Positions 11,273-20,679 of a stretch of DNA of 31,194 bases are shown here, piece after piece. Under the pieces are notes generated by a model. It ran no database searches. It had not been told where the DNA came from and saw only the letters and a program-made list of their open reading frames with translations. Origin of the DNA: Escherichia phage 503458; the sequence record NC_049341.1; one strand, written 5' to 3'. A program made the position numbers and the translations under genes. Position 1 is the stretch's first letter. Every line of letters starts with the position of its first letter.

Positions 11273-13258
11273 TTAAATACTCCCCGCGTTATACCACGTC
11301 CCATTAATGCAATACTGAATTGGCCTTGCCTGTGTTGTATCAATTAATTCATCACGGTTTCCGTTAACTGAACCCGTAACGACATAACCTGACCTGTCAG
11401 ACCAGCCGGGACCATTCCATGTCTGAACAGATGACAGACCGCCAAGGCGAATACCTGTAATAAACCTTGAGTTACATTCTGCCCGCGTATATGCACCAAC
11501 ATCTCCCGCTGAAGGTTTTCGTGTCGTGGTATAGAAATCTGACCAACCTAATTCAAACCCATAACCATCACGAGCCGACCTGTAGGAAATGCCACCATTT
11601 TTATAATTCACACGGAATTGTACGGCAGGACAGCTACCAGCATTTATATTAAAGTGAAGAATTAATGCAGATGCACCACCAATCAGGGCGTTATATGCAC
11701 CACTATCCCAATTCCATCCAACGGATGTATCACCATTAACAGTATTACCTGTTTGTCGGAGTGCAAATGCATTGACATTTTTGGCACTAATTGAAATATC
11801 GCTAGAACCATCAAAACCAACTCCAGCAATTTTTCGTGCTGTTTTCAGCTTTGTTGCAGTAGCGGCATTGCCGGACAGTTCCCCAGAAAGGCCACCGCTG
11901 AATGTTTGTCGATTGGTCCAGGTATTCGCTGTACTGAGTAACGGTATTTTCTCCCCGCTTGTGCCGAGTTCTCGTAAACCGAGGTATTCGATAACGGCAG
12001 TAACGGTCGCTTTAGCCAGAATATCCCGTCCGACTTTTGTCAGGGTTGCCAGGCTGGCAACATCATTCCCCGTAAAATACGGAAACCTGTCTGCCGCAGT
12101 AGCAAGCCCGGCCAGCGCCGTCAGGGTGGCATCTTTCGGTTGCTTACCCGCAAGCGCGTTAGTCATGGTGGTCGCAAAATTCGGGTCGTTTCCCAGCGCC
12201 GCCGCTAACTCGTTCAGCGTATTCAGTGCGTCAGGTGACGAATCTACAAGGGCGGCAATCGCAGCCATAACGAAAGCCGTGCTTGCGATTTGGGTATTAT
12301 TCGTTCCCTGTCGCGCAGTTGGCGTTGTTGGCGTTCCGGTCAGCGCAGGACTGTTTAAGGGCGCTTTCTTGTTCGTTTCATCCATTACCGCCTTAACCGC
12401 TTTTGATGTCGCGGCCAGTGTTTCAGACGTGCTGTTGGTGGCACTACTGAGCTGGACTATCCCTTTTTGTGCCGTCGTGGCGTCCTGAGCGGTATATTTT
12501 GCGTTAGCAAGGTCATACGCGGCCTTTACTGCTTTCGGCGTTGCAGCCTGCGTTTCAGACGTGCTGTTGGTGGCGCTACTGAGCTGGACAAGGCCTTTTC
12601 GCGTCGTGCTGGCATCCTGCGCAGTATATTTACCGTTAGCAAGATCATACGCGGCCTTTACTGCTTTCGGCGTTGCAGCCTGCGTTTCAGACACGCTGTT
12701 AGTGGCGCTACTGAGTTGAACAAAGCCTTTTGCGGTCAGCGAGGCGTCCGGGTGACGTCGTGACTGTTCATGCTCTTTCAGTTTGTCATCCACGTAATCC
12801 ACTGTGGCCATCACCATGGTGTTATCCACGGTAAGCGCCACGGTGGCAGTGCTGGATACGGTCAGAATGGTGCGAAATGTTTGTGCACGACCGGACCCTT
12901 CGGCAACGGCTGGCTTGTAACTTTCGGCAGTATTTCCCACCGCGATTAAATCGCCGTGCTCATCAAATACACCAATTTCCCGGATCCAGAATCCGCCCGT
13001 TTCAGGAGGAATAACCAGCTCCGCAATAATGCGGTTCTGATGTGTTGCGTCCAGGATGACGCGATTAACAGTATGTCGCCACACCTCATGCACCAGACGG
13101 GTCTGCTTACTGTCTGGTGTGGGCAACGTGCCGCCACCGTCGCCCACGGCCATATGAGTCAGGCGGACAGGCTTACCATCTGGCGCGGCTGCCTGAGCTA
13201 ATTTTTTTGCACCCGTATCGGTGATAACGGTTTTAAATTTTCGTGTTGTGGTACTCAT
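11273..13258 (-). CDS. H: Tail fibre protein gpH (661 aa); constant N-terminal part outside and variable C-terminal part inside the invertible segment
   Basis: Long ORF with conserved N-terminus, three tandem ~44-aa repeats (KGxVQLSSATNSxSETxAAT…KYTAQDA…) and gix site 2 within the coding sequence. Confidence 0.9.
   Translation of the reverse strand: MSTTTRKFKTVITDTGAKKLAQAAAPDGKPVRLTHMAVGDGGGTLPTPDSKQTRLVHEVWRHTVNRVILDATHQNRIIAELVIPPETGGFWIREIGVFDEHGDLIAVGNTAESYKPAVAEGSGRAQTFRTILTVSSTATVALTVDNTMVMATVDYVDDKLKEHEQSRRHPDASLTAKGFVQLSSATNSVSETQAATPKAVKAAYDLANGKYTAQDASTTRKGLVQLSSATNSTSETQAATPKAVKAAYDLANAKYTAQDATTAQKGIVQLSSATNSTSETLAATSKAVKAVMDETNKKAPLNSPALTGTPTTPTARQGTNNTQIASTAFVMAAIAALVDSSPDALNTLNELAAALGNDPNFATTMTNALAGKQPKDATLTALAGLATAADRFPYFTGNDVASLATLTKVGRDILAKATVTAVIEYLGLRELGTSGEKIPLLSTANTWTNRQTFSGGLSGELSGNAATATKLKTARKIAGVGFDGSSDISISAKNVNAFALRQTGNTVNGDTSVGWNWDSGAYNALIGGASALILHFNINAGSCPAVQFRVNYKNGGISYRSARDGYGFELGWSDFYTTTRKPSAGDVGAYTRAECNSRFITGIRLGGLSSVQTWNGPGWSDRSGYVVTGSVNGNRDELIDTTQARPIQYCINGTWYNAGSI
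11969..11994. other. gix-like crossover site 2 (inside H, inverted relative to site 1)
   Basis: TTCTCGTAAACC-GA-GGTATTCGATAA; core GA is the complement of site 1 core TC; encodes …IEYLGLRE… in H. Confidence 0.8.
12420..12775. repeat. Tandem 132-bp repeats (~2.7 copies) within H
   Basis: GTTTCAGAC… unit recurs at 12420, 12552 and 12684. Confidence 0.85.
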
Positions 13259-13260
13259 GC

Positions 13261-13791
13261 TTAATCGCCTGGATAAATGGTAATAACTTCACCGTCATAA
13301 GTTGCCGCCGCTGCGAAAATATCCCCCGGAATTTCCTGAATGATATTCAGCCCTGTCATGTGGCGGCTGACCGGGCGGGCATCGGCAATCAGCCGCTCCA
13401 TTTCCAGATACATTTCCTCCGTCACGCCACTGTCCAGCGTGCCCACTTCAACGGTAAATGTTCCCGGTTCTCCGCCGAACTCCCACCACTCAGACACACG
13501 AATGAGGTATCCCAGCGGCTCAATGGCCCGGCGCAGTGCGCTGATGGTTCCCTTGTGTCGGTGTATCAGCCATGCATCACGAATCGCCTGTCGTTTTGTC
13601 TCTTCCGGCCAGTTGCGATCCCAGCGGTCAACGGAAAATGCCCAGGCGAGATAAGGCAGCAGGTGCACCGGGCAGGTGTCCGGCGACCACAGCGTGTTGA
13701 GGTCTACCGGGATGTCTGTAATGCGCGTTCCGACAACTTCGGCACAACGCATGAAATTGCTGGCTGATGGTGGTAACAGTGAATTACTCAT
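13261..13791 (-). CDS. I: Baseplate protein gpI (probable start MSNSLLPP at 13791; track ORF extends to 13824)
   Basis: P2 gpI-like sequence; overlaps J stop. Confidence 0.8.
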   Translation of the reverse strand: MSNSLLPPSASNFMRCAEVVGTRITDIPVDLNTLWSPDTCPVHLLPYLAWAFSVDRWDRNWPEETKRQAIRDAWLIHRHKGTISALRRAIEPLGYLIRVSEWWEFGGEPGTFTVEVGTLDSGVTEEMYLEMERLIADARPVSRHMTGLNIIQEIPGDIFAAAATYDGEVITIYPGD

Positions 13792-14680
13792 TACGCCCAC
13801 CTTCGCTGATGGTGAATGACTCACAGCGCGCCGCCTGTATGTCGCTGATGGCCATATTCTGTGTGGGTTCGATTATCTCCACGCGTTGCACACCGTGCAC
13901 ATGCAGTGCGGCAGCAATGGCGGACAACGCCAAGTCCTGACCGATAAGCCCCTGTTCAGCCAGCCACTTCCTGAATGACGATTCCGCCGCGGCCAGAATA
14001 GGTTCGGATTCCGGACCGGGGTAAAAGTACAGTTTTGCATTCAGCCGCCATGTCACGATGCTGGCGCTCTGTACGGTCAGGCGGTCGGCCACCGGGCGGG
14101 TATCCTCTGCATTCAGAACGGCGCGAACGGTATTAAGCAACGCCTCCGTTGCCGTGCCGTCGCCTTCAGTGGACAGGATGGAAACCGTCACATTTGCCGG
14201 AGACGGACTGATGGCCCGCGCATCACGCACCAGACCGCTGGCGCTGCGGGCAAAATACTCGTATGCACCTGACGGGCCAGCAACACTCAGGCCGTCGTAC
14301 GCCCGCTGCGCCCGCAGTCTCAGCGAGGTGTCGCTCTCCATCACCGCGTCGGTGGTATCCGTTGCCGGAGTGATAACCAGGCGCTTTGTGTTCATATTGC
14401 CCGCGAGGTTGTCTAGGTTTGTCCCTGAACCGTGGCTTAACATGCAGGCGCGTGCGCCCTCGTTAACCCGCTGGCGTAACAGCATTTCACGAAACGACAT
14501 GGTTTGAGCGATAACGTTCAGGGGTTCTGATTCCAGCTCCAGCGCGGCGGAGACGGCTTCACGCTGTTCGGCAGGATAGGACGCAATCATCATGGCCTTT
14601 GTGTCAGCCAGAATTGCCTCAAAGTCAGGCTCCGCGATGATGGCGGGTTCCGGTAACTGTGAAAGGTCAACGGCGGGCAT
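13784..14680 (-). CDS. J: Baseplate assembly protein gpJ
   Basis: 298 aa, MPAVDLSQLPEP… resembles P2 gpJ along its length. Confidence 0.85.
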   Translation of the reverse strand: MPAVDLSQLPEPAIIAEPDFEAILADTKAMMIASYPAEQREAVSAALELESEPLNVIAQTMSFREMLLRQRVNEGARACMLSHGSGTNLDNLAGNMNTKRLVITPATDTTDAVMESDTSLRLRAQRAYDGLSVAGPSGAYEYFARSASGLVRDARAISPSPANVTVSILSTEGDGTATEALLNTVRAVLNAEDTRPVADRLTVQSASIVTWRLNAKLYFYPGPESEPILAAAESSFRKWLAEQGLIGQDLALSAIAAALHVHGVQRVEIIEPTQNMAISDIQAARCESFTISEGGRNE

Positions 14681-14683
14681 GAT

Positions 14684-15034
14684 TTACTCCCTCAGCGTGA
14701 TGGTTAATTCAACATTCTGCATGGTCTGCATGACAGTGCCCGACAGCGTCACCCCGGCGCGGCCTCCCGCTTTCCAGACAACGTCGATGGCGTCCAGGGC
14801 AATGCGGGGTTCCCATCGTGTCAGTGCAATCACGGCAGCACTCATGCATTGCAGACGCGTGGTGTTATTCATGGGTTCGTCAATCAAATCAGGCACAAGG
14901 CTGCCATATTCCCGTCGCATAACCCGGCTTGCCAGCGGGGTGGTCAGGATGTCCCTGACTGACTGTTTCAGGTGCTCCATATCGTTCAGGTTTCCCGTTC
15001 CGTCCGGGTTCATTCCTGTGTAGCGGGTTGTCAC
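14684..15034 (-). CDS. W: Baseplate protein gpW (gp25-like)
   Basis: 116 aa, P2 W-like (…VRDILTTPLASRVMRREYGS…). Confidence 0.85.
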   Translation of the reverse strand: MTTRYTGMNPDGTGNLNDMEHLKQSVRDILTTPLASRVMRREYGSLVPDLIDEPMNNTTRLQCMSAAVIALTRWEPRIALDAIDVVWKAGGRAGVTLSGTVMQTMQNVELTITLRE

Positions 15035-15612
15035 TGCGGGCCTCCTGTCGAATCGCTGCCACCTTTCACGCCACCGTGTTTATGCGTATGCACGGTAATG
15101 CCGTTTGAGGTGAAATTGCCGCCGCTGTGCGTGATATTGCCGCTCATCTTTCCCCCTTTTGTGACGTCAAGCGTCGCTGTTCTCAGAAGGTCTGTGCATT
15201 CCACGACAGGTGTGTCCAGTGTCACACTGACGGATGCCTGCAGGGTGGCCGTTTTCATGCCGCTGGCGCTCAGTGCGCCTGCGTCCGCGTCGTAGCGGAA
15301 CACCGCGCCATCCGGCGCGCTGACCACGATTTCTTTCAGGCTTTTGCCGGGTGCCGGAATGGCATCACTCCACAGACTGCCAATTATCATGGCGGTTTCC
15401 GGGTTGCCGCCAATGCAGGCAATTACCACCTGTTCGCCTGGTGATGGCGGCAGCCACACATTGAAGGCTCCCGCGCGCGTGGTGTTCCAGCGCAACCAGC
15501 CTGTTTCCAGTTCGCCGCTGCGAACGCGCACGCGCCAGGACTTCTCATCAACTTCAGAGATGATCCCGGTGCGGATGATATTGCTCAGCAGTCGCATGAG
15601 TTCTGCGCTCAC
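15031..15612 (-). CDS. V: Baseplate spike protein gpV
   Basis: 193 aa, OB-fold spike N-terminus and Gly-rich C-terminal tip (…HTHKHGGVKGG…). Confidence 0.8.
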   Translation of the reverse strand: MSAELMRLLSNIIRTGIISEVDEKSWRVRVRSGELETGWLRWNTTRAGAFNVWLPPSPGEQVVIACIGGNPETAMIIGSLWSDAIPAPGKSLKEIVVSAPDGAVFRYDADAGALSASGMKTATLQASVSVTLDTPVVECTDLLRTATLDVTKGGKMSGNITHSGGNFTSNGITVHTHKHGGVKGGSDSTGGPQ

Positions 15613-16253
15613 CGTACAGCCTCCGCAATCCGGCCCAGCACCGTGTTATAAATCAGGCGCTCATCTGCCTGGCTGATACCCAGCAGCTCACGTACCGGGT
15701 AATCGGTGAAAATGCCCGGCGCAACCTGATCGCGCTCACCGAACTGATGAACGCGTGCAATACGTGCGGCCACGCCGCTGTAACCCACCGTCACACCGGA
15801 AGCATCTGCACGGGCTTTCAGGTAGCGGGCGGTGCGCAGTTTTACGAACATGGGGACGCGCTTTGTGCTGTCCTGGTTGATGCGCCGGGTGCGTATTTCC
15901 AGAAAACGGTCGATGTCATCCCGGTAAAACGTGCGGATATTGTTTTTATCCTCATCCCACCCGGTAATGGTTCGCCCGTATTTCCCCGTGTCGTGATGCC
16001 AGTTTTTCAGCGTGCGTGCTTCGTTATTCCAGATAAAGCGAATGCGCTCCTGTATCCGGGTTACGCGGCGTCTGCGAGGTGTCCACGCGGTCCCGTCCGG
16101 CGCTTTCTGTGACCGGATACGTGCCTGCTGGGCGCGGCGTAAATCCTGTGCCAGCTTTCTGGCGATGTTATTGATGGCCTGCTGATTCAGGCCGTCGCGG
16201 ATGGCCTCAAAGGTTTCATCCACGCGGGTGAATGCCTTATCCATCGCTTTCAC
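15609..16253 (-). CDS. Tail completion / virion morphogenesis protein at the gpS position
   Basis: 214-aa ORF between R and V with overlapping start/stop; sequence itself not confidently matched. Confidence 0.55.
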   Translation of the reverse strand: MKAMDKAFTRVDETFEAIRDGLNQQAINNIARKLAQDLRRAQQARIRSQKAPDGTAWTPRRRRVTRIQERIRFIWNNEARTLKNWHHDTGKYGRTITGWDEDKNNIRTFYRDDIDRFLEIRTRRINQDSTKRVPMFVKLRTARYLKARADASGVTVGYSGVAARIARVHQFGERDQVAPGIFTDYPVRELLGISQADERLIYNTVLGRIAEAVR

Positions 16254-16704
16254 CCCACGTCACATCCTGGAATACATGCGACCAGTCGCCTTCGGAAGAG
16301 GGCAGGCGGGGTTTTGGCTCCGGCAGGTGTTCTGCCTGCGGCGCGCCCTGACTGCTGCGCGTGATGCGAACGCGTTCCCGCAGGGGGAGCGTAAACAGGA
16401 GATCGGCGCTGTCATCGTCATTGATAACGGCGGAGAATTTGATGTCCTGATTACGCTCCGGATTGAGCAACAACTGCGGCTGATTTTCGGATAACCACGC
16501 CAGTAGCGGCAGCGTGAGGTCGTCCAGCTCCCCGGTGTAATCCATGACAAACATCACCATCTGATAGCGGTAAACAAACGATGGGGTTTCTCCGGTCGTT
16601 TCAATGTTGCCGCTCTCCACGAAAATGGTGAATTTTTCCGGGTTGGCCTGACACCATCGGCATGAACGGGTCATGGCTTCACGCAGGGAATCAGTTTTCA
16701 GCAT
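16237..16704 (-). CDS. R: Tail completion protein gpR
   Basis: 155 aa, conserved position and size. Confidence 0.7.
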   Translation of the reverse strand: MLKTDSLREAMTRSCRWCQANPEKFTIFVESGNIETTGETPSFVYRYQMVMFVMDYTGELDDLTLPLLAWLSENQPQLLLNPERNQDIKFSAVINDDDSADLLFTLPLRERVRITRSSQGAPQAEHLPEPKPRLPSSEGDWSHVFQDVTWGESDG

Positions 16705-16981
16705 GGTTGTTATCCTCGTTGTTCAGTCGTTGCAGCCTGCGCTGTTCCAGTAATTCAATGGCCCGTTTATCCGCGTTACAGGTTTCCAGTGCATCCAGAA
16801 GGCGGTCGCCCCATATACCGAGATTTCCCCATGTGGGAGTATCAGGGAAGGGGGGAGGCGTTACCGGTATGGTCAGCGTCTGCGGTATAAGCCGGACTGA
16901 CGGCGCTGGCCGTGGCGCGTTCTGCGTGCCTGCGCAACCTGTCAGTAAAACGAGCGTCAGGCAAAGCGTGGGCGCATTCAT
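16691..16981 (-). CDS. Outer-membrane lipoprotein spanin (LysC/Rz1-like), overlapping lysB in another frame
   Basis: Signal peptide with lipobox LLTGC, Pro-rich mature part; overlapped-spanin architecture. Confidence 0.6.
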   Translation of the reverse strand: MNAPTLCLTLVLLTGCAGTQNAPRPAPSVRLIPQTLTIPVTPPPFPDTPTWGNLGIWGDRLLDALETCNADKRAIELLEQRRLQRLNNEDNNHAEN

Positions 16982-17249
16982 CTTTTGCAATATCGTTGCG
17001 TAGCTGTTCACGTCTGGCCTCTCCGTCCTGATTGCGTTGCTGATTTTCCGCGCGGAGCTGTGCCAGCACCTGCTGCATATCCTGTACCCCGGCGCTGATG
17101 ATATTCAGGGTGTCGACGGTACTTTTCAGGGTGCTGGCCTGCGCTTCGTTTCTGGCGTTCTCCCGGCCCAGTGACCACGACAGACGCATGGATGCTCCCC
17201 ATCCGGCAATCAGAAGGAAAGCGACGCCAAGCGTGGGCCAGAGCTTCAT
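16842..17249 (-). CDS. Inner-membrane spanin (LysB/Rz-like)
   Basis: N-terminal TM helix MKLWPTLGVAFLLIAGWG followed by coiled-coil; ATGA overlap with endolysin stop. Confidence 0.6.
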   Translation of the reverse strand: MKLWPTLGVAFLLIAGWGASMRLSWSLGRENARNEAQASTLKSTVDTLNIISAGVQDMQQVLAQLRAENQQRNQDGEARREQLRNDIAKDECAHALPDARFTDRLRRHAERATASAVSPAYTADADHTGNASPLP

Positions 17250-17638
17250 GCCGGATAGGCTCCGTGTGGTAACTGAAAATGCGGTCCGTCTTTCAGGGTC
17301 TTCCAGTCGCCGCCCCATTCCACCGGAATATTCAGTTCCCGGCTGGCCTGTCTGAATGCTGCTGCGATTTTTTCGTACAGCGGCCATTCCCATGACACCT
17401 GGCTGCCGATATAAGCCACAACATCCACGGCATGCCCCGTAAGGTGGCGGCTGTTCATGGTCTGGCTCTTACCCGTGGCCACCAGTTGCTTCTGGCGGTA
17501 ACGGCTGCGCAACCCTTCGGTGATACCAAAATCCACTTCCGAGATTTCCAGTGCCCGTCGGGTCACTTTCACCAGATCAGGATTTACGCCCTGCAAATTC
17601 TTTTCGCTCCGGCTGCTGAATTTAAATGTGTTGCTCAT
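17246..17638 (-). CDS. Endolysin, zinc peptidase type (M15-like L-Ala-D-Glu peptidase)
   Basis: 130 aa with SRHLTGHAVDV … DGPHFQL motifs typical of M15 endolysins; lysis-cassette position. Confidence 0.7.
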   Translation of the reverse strand: MSNTFKFSSRSEKNLQGVNPDLVKVTRRALEISEVDFGITEGLRSRYRQKQLVATGKSQTMNSRHLTGHAVDVVAYIGSQVSWEWPLYEKIAAAFRQASRELNIPVEWGGDWKTLKDGPHFQLPHGAYPA

Positions 17639-17973
17639 TCGTCCTTCTCCTTCACCCTGCGATTAAAGGCCGCAATAACCTTGTCGCGTGCTTTCTCTGC
17701 ACCCATAAAACCGATTGATGCGCCGATAAACGTCACGGCATCTTCAGGAAACCCGAAGAAGCGCAACGACCCGGCCACGGCCATGGCAAGAACGCCGCAC
17801 GCCAGCGATCCCGTTACGGTCTGAACCAGTGTTCGTCCGTCATAAAGACTCATCAGCGCGGAAATGCTGACCGCCGCGCCTACTGCATACACCGTTGGCA
17901 GGTGGTCAAAGAGCCACGCAATAACCTGCTCTGTGATCCCTGTTTGAATGGTGCTCACTGCTACTCCCCCCAC
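17635..17973 (-). CDS. Putative holin
   Basis: 112 aa, several hydrophobic segments, charged C-terminus, immediately upstream of endolysin. Confidence 0.6.
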   Translation of the reverse strand: MGGVAVSTIQTGITEQVIAWLFDHLPTVYAVGAAVSISALMSLYDGRTLVQTVTGSLACGVLAMAVAGSLRFFGFPEDAVTFIGASIGFMGAEKARDKVIAAFNRRVKEKDE

Positions 17974-18161
17974 AACTGAATCATTTCTCGTTTCTTCTTC
18001 TCCGGCTCCGGCATCTCAACTTCCTGCCCGGCGTCCAGAAATACCTGCTGACAGAGTCCGGGGTTGGCATCCAGCACCTTTTCGGTGACGCCCTGCGTCG
18101 TGCCGTAGTACCGGAAACAGAGCGAATCCACGGTGTCGCCTTCCAGTGCCTTCACTTTCAT
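17961..18161 (-). CDS. X: Tail protein gpX (LysM-like), 67 aa
   Basis: MKVKALEGDTVDSLCFRYYG… resembles P2 gpX; start overlaps L stop. Confidence 0.8.
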   Translation of the reverse strand: MKVKALEGDTVDSLCFRYYGTTQGVTEKVLDANPGLCQQVFLDAGQEVEMPEPEKKKREMIQLWGE

Positions 18162-18664
18162 CAGCACAACTCCGCAAAGATTCGCGGGCGGCACAGAATG
18201 TCAGAGATGGCCCAGCTCACATCACGCCACAAATCCGATGTCTGTATATCCAGAGCGTCCGCCCGGCGGTCGCCCTTGTCCGTTGTGTCTGCATCACGAT
18301 AACGCTCCAGAATCAGGGCGCGCGTGGCGGTATAAACAGCATTGCGCCAGTGCCAGAGATTGACGCTTTCTCCGTTAATTACGGGTGCCGGAACATCGGC
18401 CAGCGTCTGATGGCCAGCTGCCTGCTGTTCCTGCTGCCATGCTTCCAGCTCGCGGGTAACGTGTGCCACAGCCCCGGTGGCAGTATGCAGCAGGCGGGAG
18501 GTGGTCACACGGCCCGGCAGTCGTACCGCCAGACGCAGCTCGCGCAGCACAATATCCGGCCAGAATGCACCCGCTGAAATGCGGGTATCGCCATCATCGG
18601 TATCGGTGATGTCGTCCTCTGCGGGTCTGGGTTCAGTTCTGGCAACCATACTCATGGGGTTCAC
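18161..18664 (-). CDS. L: Head completion/stabilisation protein gpL
   Basis: 167 aa at conserved position between M and X. Confidence 0.7.
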   Translation of the reverse strand: MNPMSMVARTEPRPAEDDITDTDDGDTRISAGAFWPDIVLRELRLAVRLPGRVTTSRLLHTATGAVAHVTRELEAWQQEQQAAGHQTLADVPAPVINGESVNLWHWRNAVYTATRALILERYRDADTTDKGDRRADALDIQTSDLWRDVSWAISDILCRPRIFAELC

Positions 18665-18757
18665 TCCTGAAAAAAATCGGGCGGTGGGTGCACGGTGTAA
18701 ACGGTCACGGAGTCAAACCGGAACACTGCGCACGCCGCCCGCTGACGGGGTCAGTCG

Positions 18758-19558
18758 TTAACCGCGCTTCGCCTTCTGCGTCGCGGTGGTTTTTCGTGTT
18801 GCAGGCTTCCGCGTTGTCTTTTTACTTTTGCTGCTTTCGTCCTGCGCCTGCTGTGCGCTGGCGTCTTCTGGTTCGGCTGCGGAATCGGCTTTTTTCAGGG
18901 CGCGGGAAAGGGTTGCAATCTCGCGTTTCACACCTGCGTTCGGGTTCAGGTGCATCGCTTCGCGCAGCAGCTTCAGTGACAGGGCCATGTTGTCTGCATC
19001 GGTCAGACCACGACGGGCAAAGGCGCACGCCTTGCATAATTTGGCGCGTACTTCGTCCGGCATGTCCTGGTCGGTGACAATCTTCCGGAGGGTGTCCAGT
19101 GGTTCGATAAAGGCGGACAAATCTGCGTCGGCATCCGCTCCGGCCTGCGTCAGTACCGGGTTGCAGATTTCTTCGGTCAGTACCGTGGCAGCAGTACGGC
19201 CAAAGTTATCCGGCATGATGAGGTTGTGACAGACCACATACGCACCAATACGCAGCGCCAGCGGAAGATCGCCGCAGTCAATCGCCCACACCATCAGCGT
19301 GGCAATCACTTCATCCTGCTGCCCGCCGTCAGCCTCCAGCGTTCCCTCAATCCAGCCGGAAAAATCCGGCAACAACTCTTTTTTGATGGCGGCTTTCGCG
19401 CTTCTGGCCTGTACGCCCTTAAGCCGGGCCTGTGCCAGACGCAGACGATACAGCACCTCTTCATGCGCGGTACGCGCGGCGTGGTCCACGCCTTCATTCG
19501 CCCGGCCTGCGCGCTGTGCCATCACGTTCTGCCAGTGTTGCTGTGCAGGAGTAATCAT
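18758..19558 (-). CDS. M: Terminase small (endonuclease) subunit gpM
   Basis: 266 aa, …MPDEVRAKLCKA… and basic Lys/Thr-rich C-terminal tail, P2 M-like. Confidence 0.8.
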   Translation of the reverse strand: MITPAQQHWQNVMAQRAGRANEGVDHAARTAHEEVLYRLRLAQARLKGVQARSAKAAIKKELLPDFSGWIEGTLEADGGQQDEVIATLMVWAIDCGDLPLALRIGAYVVCHNLIMPDNFGRTAATVLTEEICNPVLTQAGADADADLSAFIEPLDTLRKIVTDQDMPDEVRAKLCKACAFARRGLTDADNMALSLKLLREAMHLNPNAGVKREIATLSRALKKADSAAEPEDASAQQAQDESSKSKKTTRKPATRKTTATQKAKRG

Positions 19559-19603
19559 TTTTTCTCTCCGTTACAGGCGGGCATGATGCCCGCCGTGAGT
19601 TGA

Positions 19604-20656
19604 TTAGCTGTCGGCGAACTTCAGGCCAGTGACCATCGCGCACTTGCCATAGTCTTCAACGACATAAGCGTCATTGATGGACTGGTAGGTGGCGATGCGG
19701 TTGTATTCCGGCTCGTCTTTCATCAGGCGACGCATTGAACCTTTCTGCCAGTAAATCGACAGGTTGTTGAACGAGGTGATCAGCATCGTTGCATCCGGGA
19801 AGAACGGCGCAAGGAACACGCCCAGCCCGCCAATGGTGCGCGATGACAGGATGAGCTGCCCGGCGAGTAATTCCGCATTGGGATTCTGGCCGCTGATGCT
19901 GTTCAGCACGGGCAGACGCAGCGAGTTAAACAGGTTGCGCCCCATAATCACCACGAGGTCGTCAGCTTCCTTGTGCCATTCATCCAGCAGGGATGAGCGC
20001 GCGTCCTGTACCAGTGCATCAGCATTCGCATACTTACCCGCGTGCGCCACGGTGTTGTCCATGTTACGGGAGGTCAGCGTCACGTCATTCATAACGCGCT
20101 CGCTGGCGTCGGTTCTGATGTGCTCCAGCCATCCCACGTTAACGTCCTGAAGCAGCTTGTTGGTGCTGAAGTTGGACTCATCCGCGTGAGACGTGCCGTT
20201 GAAACCGATCATGATGCGGTCAAGCGCCACCTGTCGGGCAATCTGTGCGCTGATGCGGGACTGAAAATCAGGGTGTGCCGCCCAGGCATCAAGCTGCGGA
20301 TATGAAATAAACGTGTCGTAGTTCACCTGTTCGCACTGGTATTTGCGGTTTTTCAGATCAACCACGTTATTCGGGTTACGGCGTTTTGTGCCGTCATAAC
20401 TGGTATTCGTGCGCGCAATCGGCCCGGTGGTATCCAGGAGGATTTTTTCACCTTTCTGGTCGGTCACGCCGATCACGTTAATTCTTTTTGTAAATTCGGT
20501 GCTTTCCTTTGAGGCGTTTTCAAAACGCTGCTGTACCGAGGGTTCCACGGTAAATCGCGATACCAGTGCGGAAATCGGGATATTGTTAAGCGACGCCTGC
20601 TGCGCCATATAGCAACCCAGCTTGTTGCGGGTAATATCTGACATCACCAGATTCAT
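19604..20656 (-). CDS. N: Major capsid protein gpN
   Basis: 350 aa, …FTVEPSVQQ…YDTFISYPQLDAW…LITSFNNLSIYWQ…YVVEDYG… resembles P2 gpN. Confidence 0.9.
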   Translation of the reverse strand: MNLVMSDITRNKLGCYMAQQASLNNIPISALVSRFTVEPSVQQRFENASKESTEFTKRINVIGVTDQKGEKILLDTTGPIARTNTSYDGTKRRNPNNVVDLKNRKYQCEQVNYDTFISYPQLDAWAAHPDFQSRISAQIARQVALDRIMIGFNGTSHADESNFSTNKLLQDVNVGWLEHIRTDASERVMNDVTLTSRNMDNTVAHAGKYANADALVQDARSSLLDEWHKEADDLVVIMGRNLFNSLRLPVLNSISGQNPNAELLAGQLILSSRTIGGLGVFLAPFFPDATMLITSFNNLSIYWQKGSMRRLMKDEPEYNRIATYQSINDAYVVEDYGKCAMVTGLKFADS

Positions 20657-20679
20657 AAAAAATTTGCTCCTTTGTCTTA

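Noticed and set aside
11772-12488. 238-aa plus-strand ORF inside tail fibre gene H
   Set aside because: Antisense to H; low-complexity Ala/Val/Ser-rich product; no start context.
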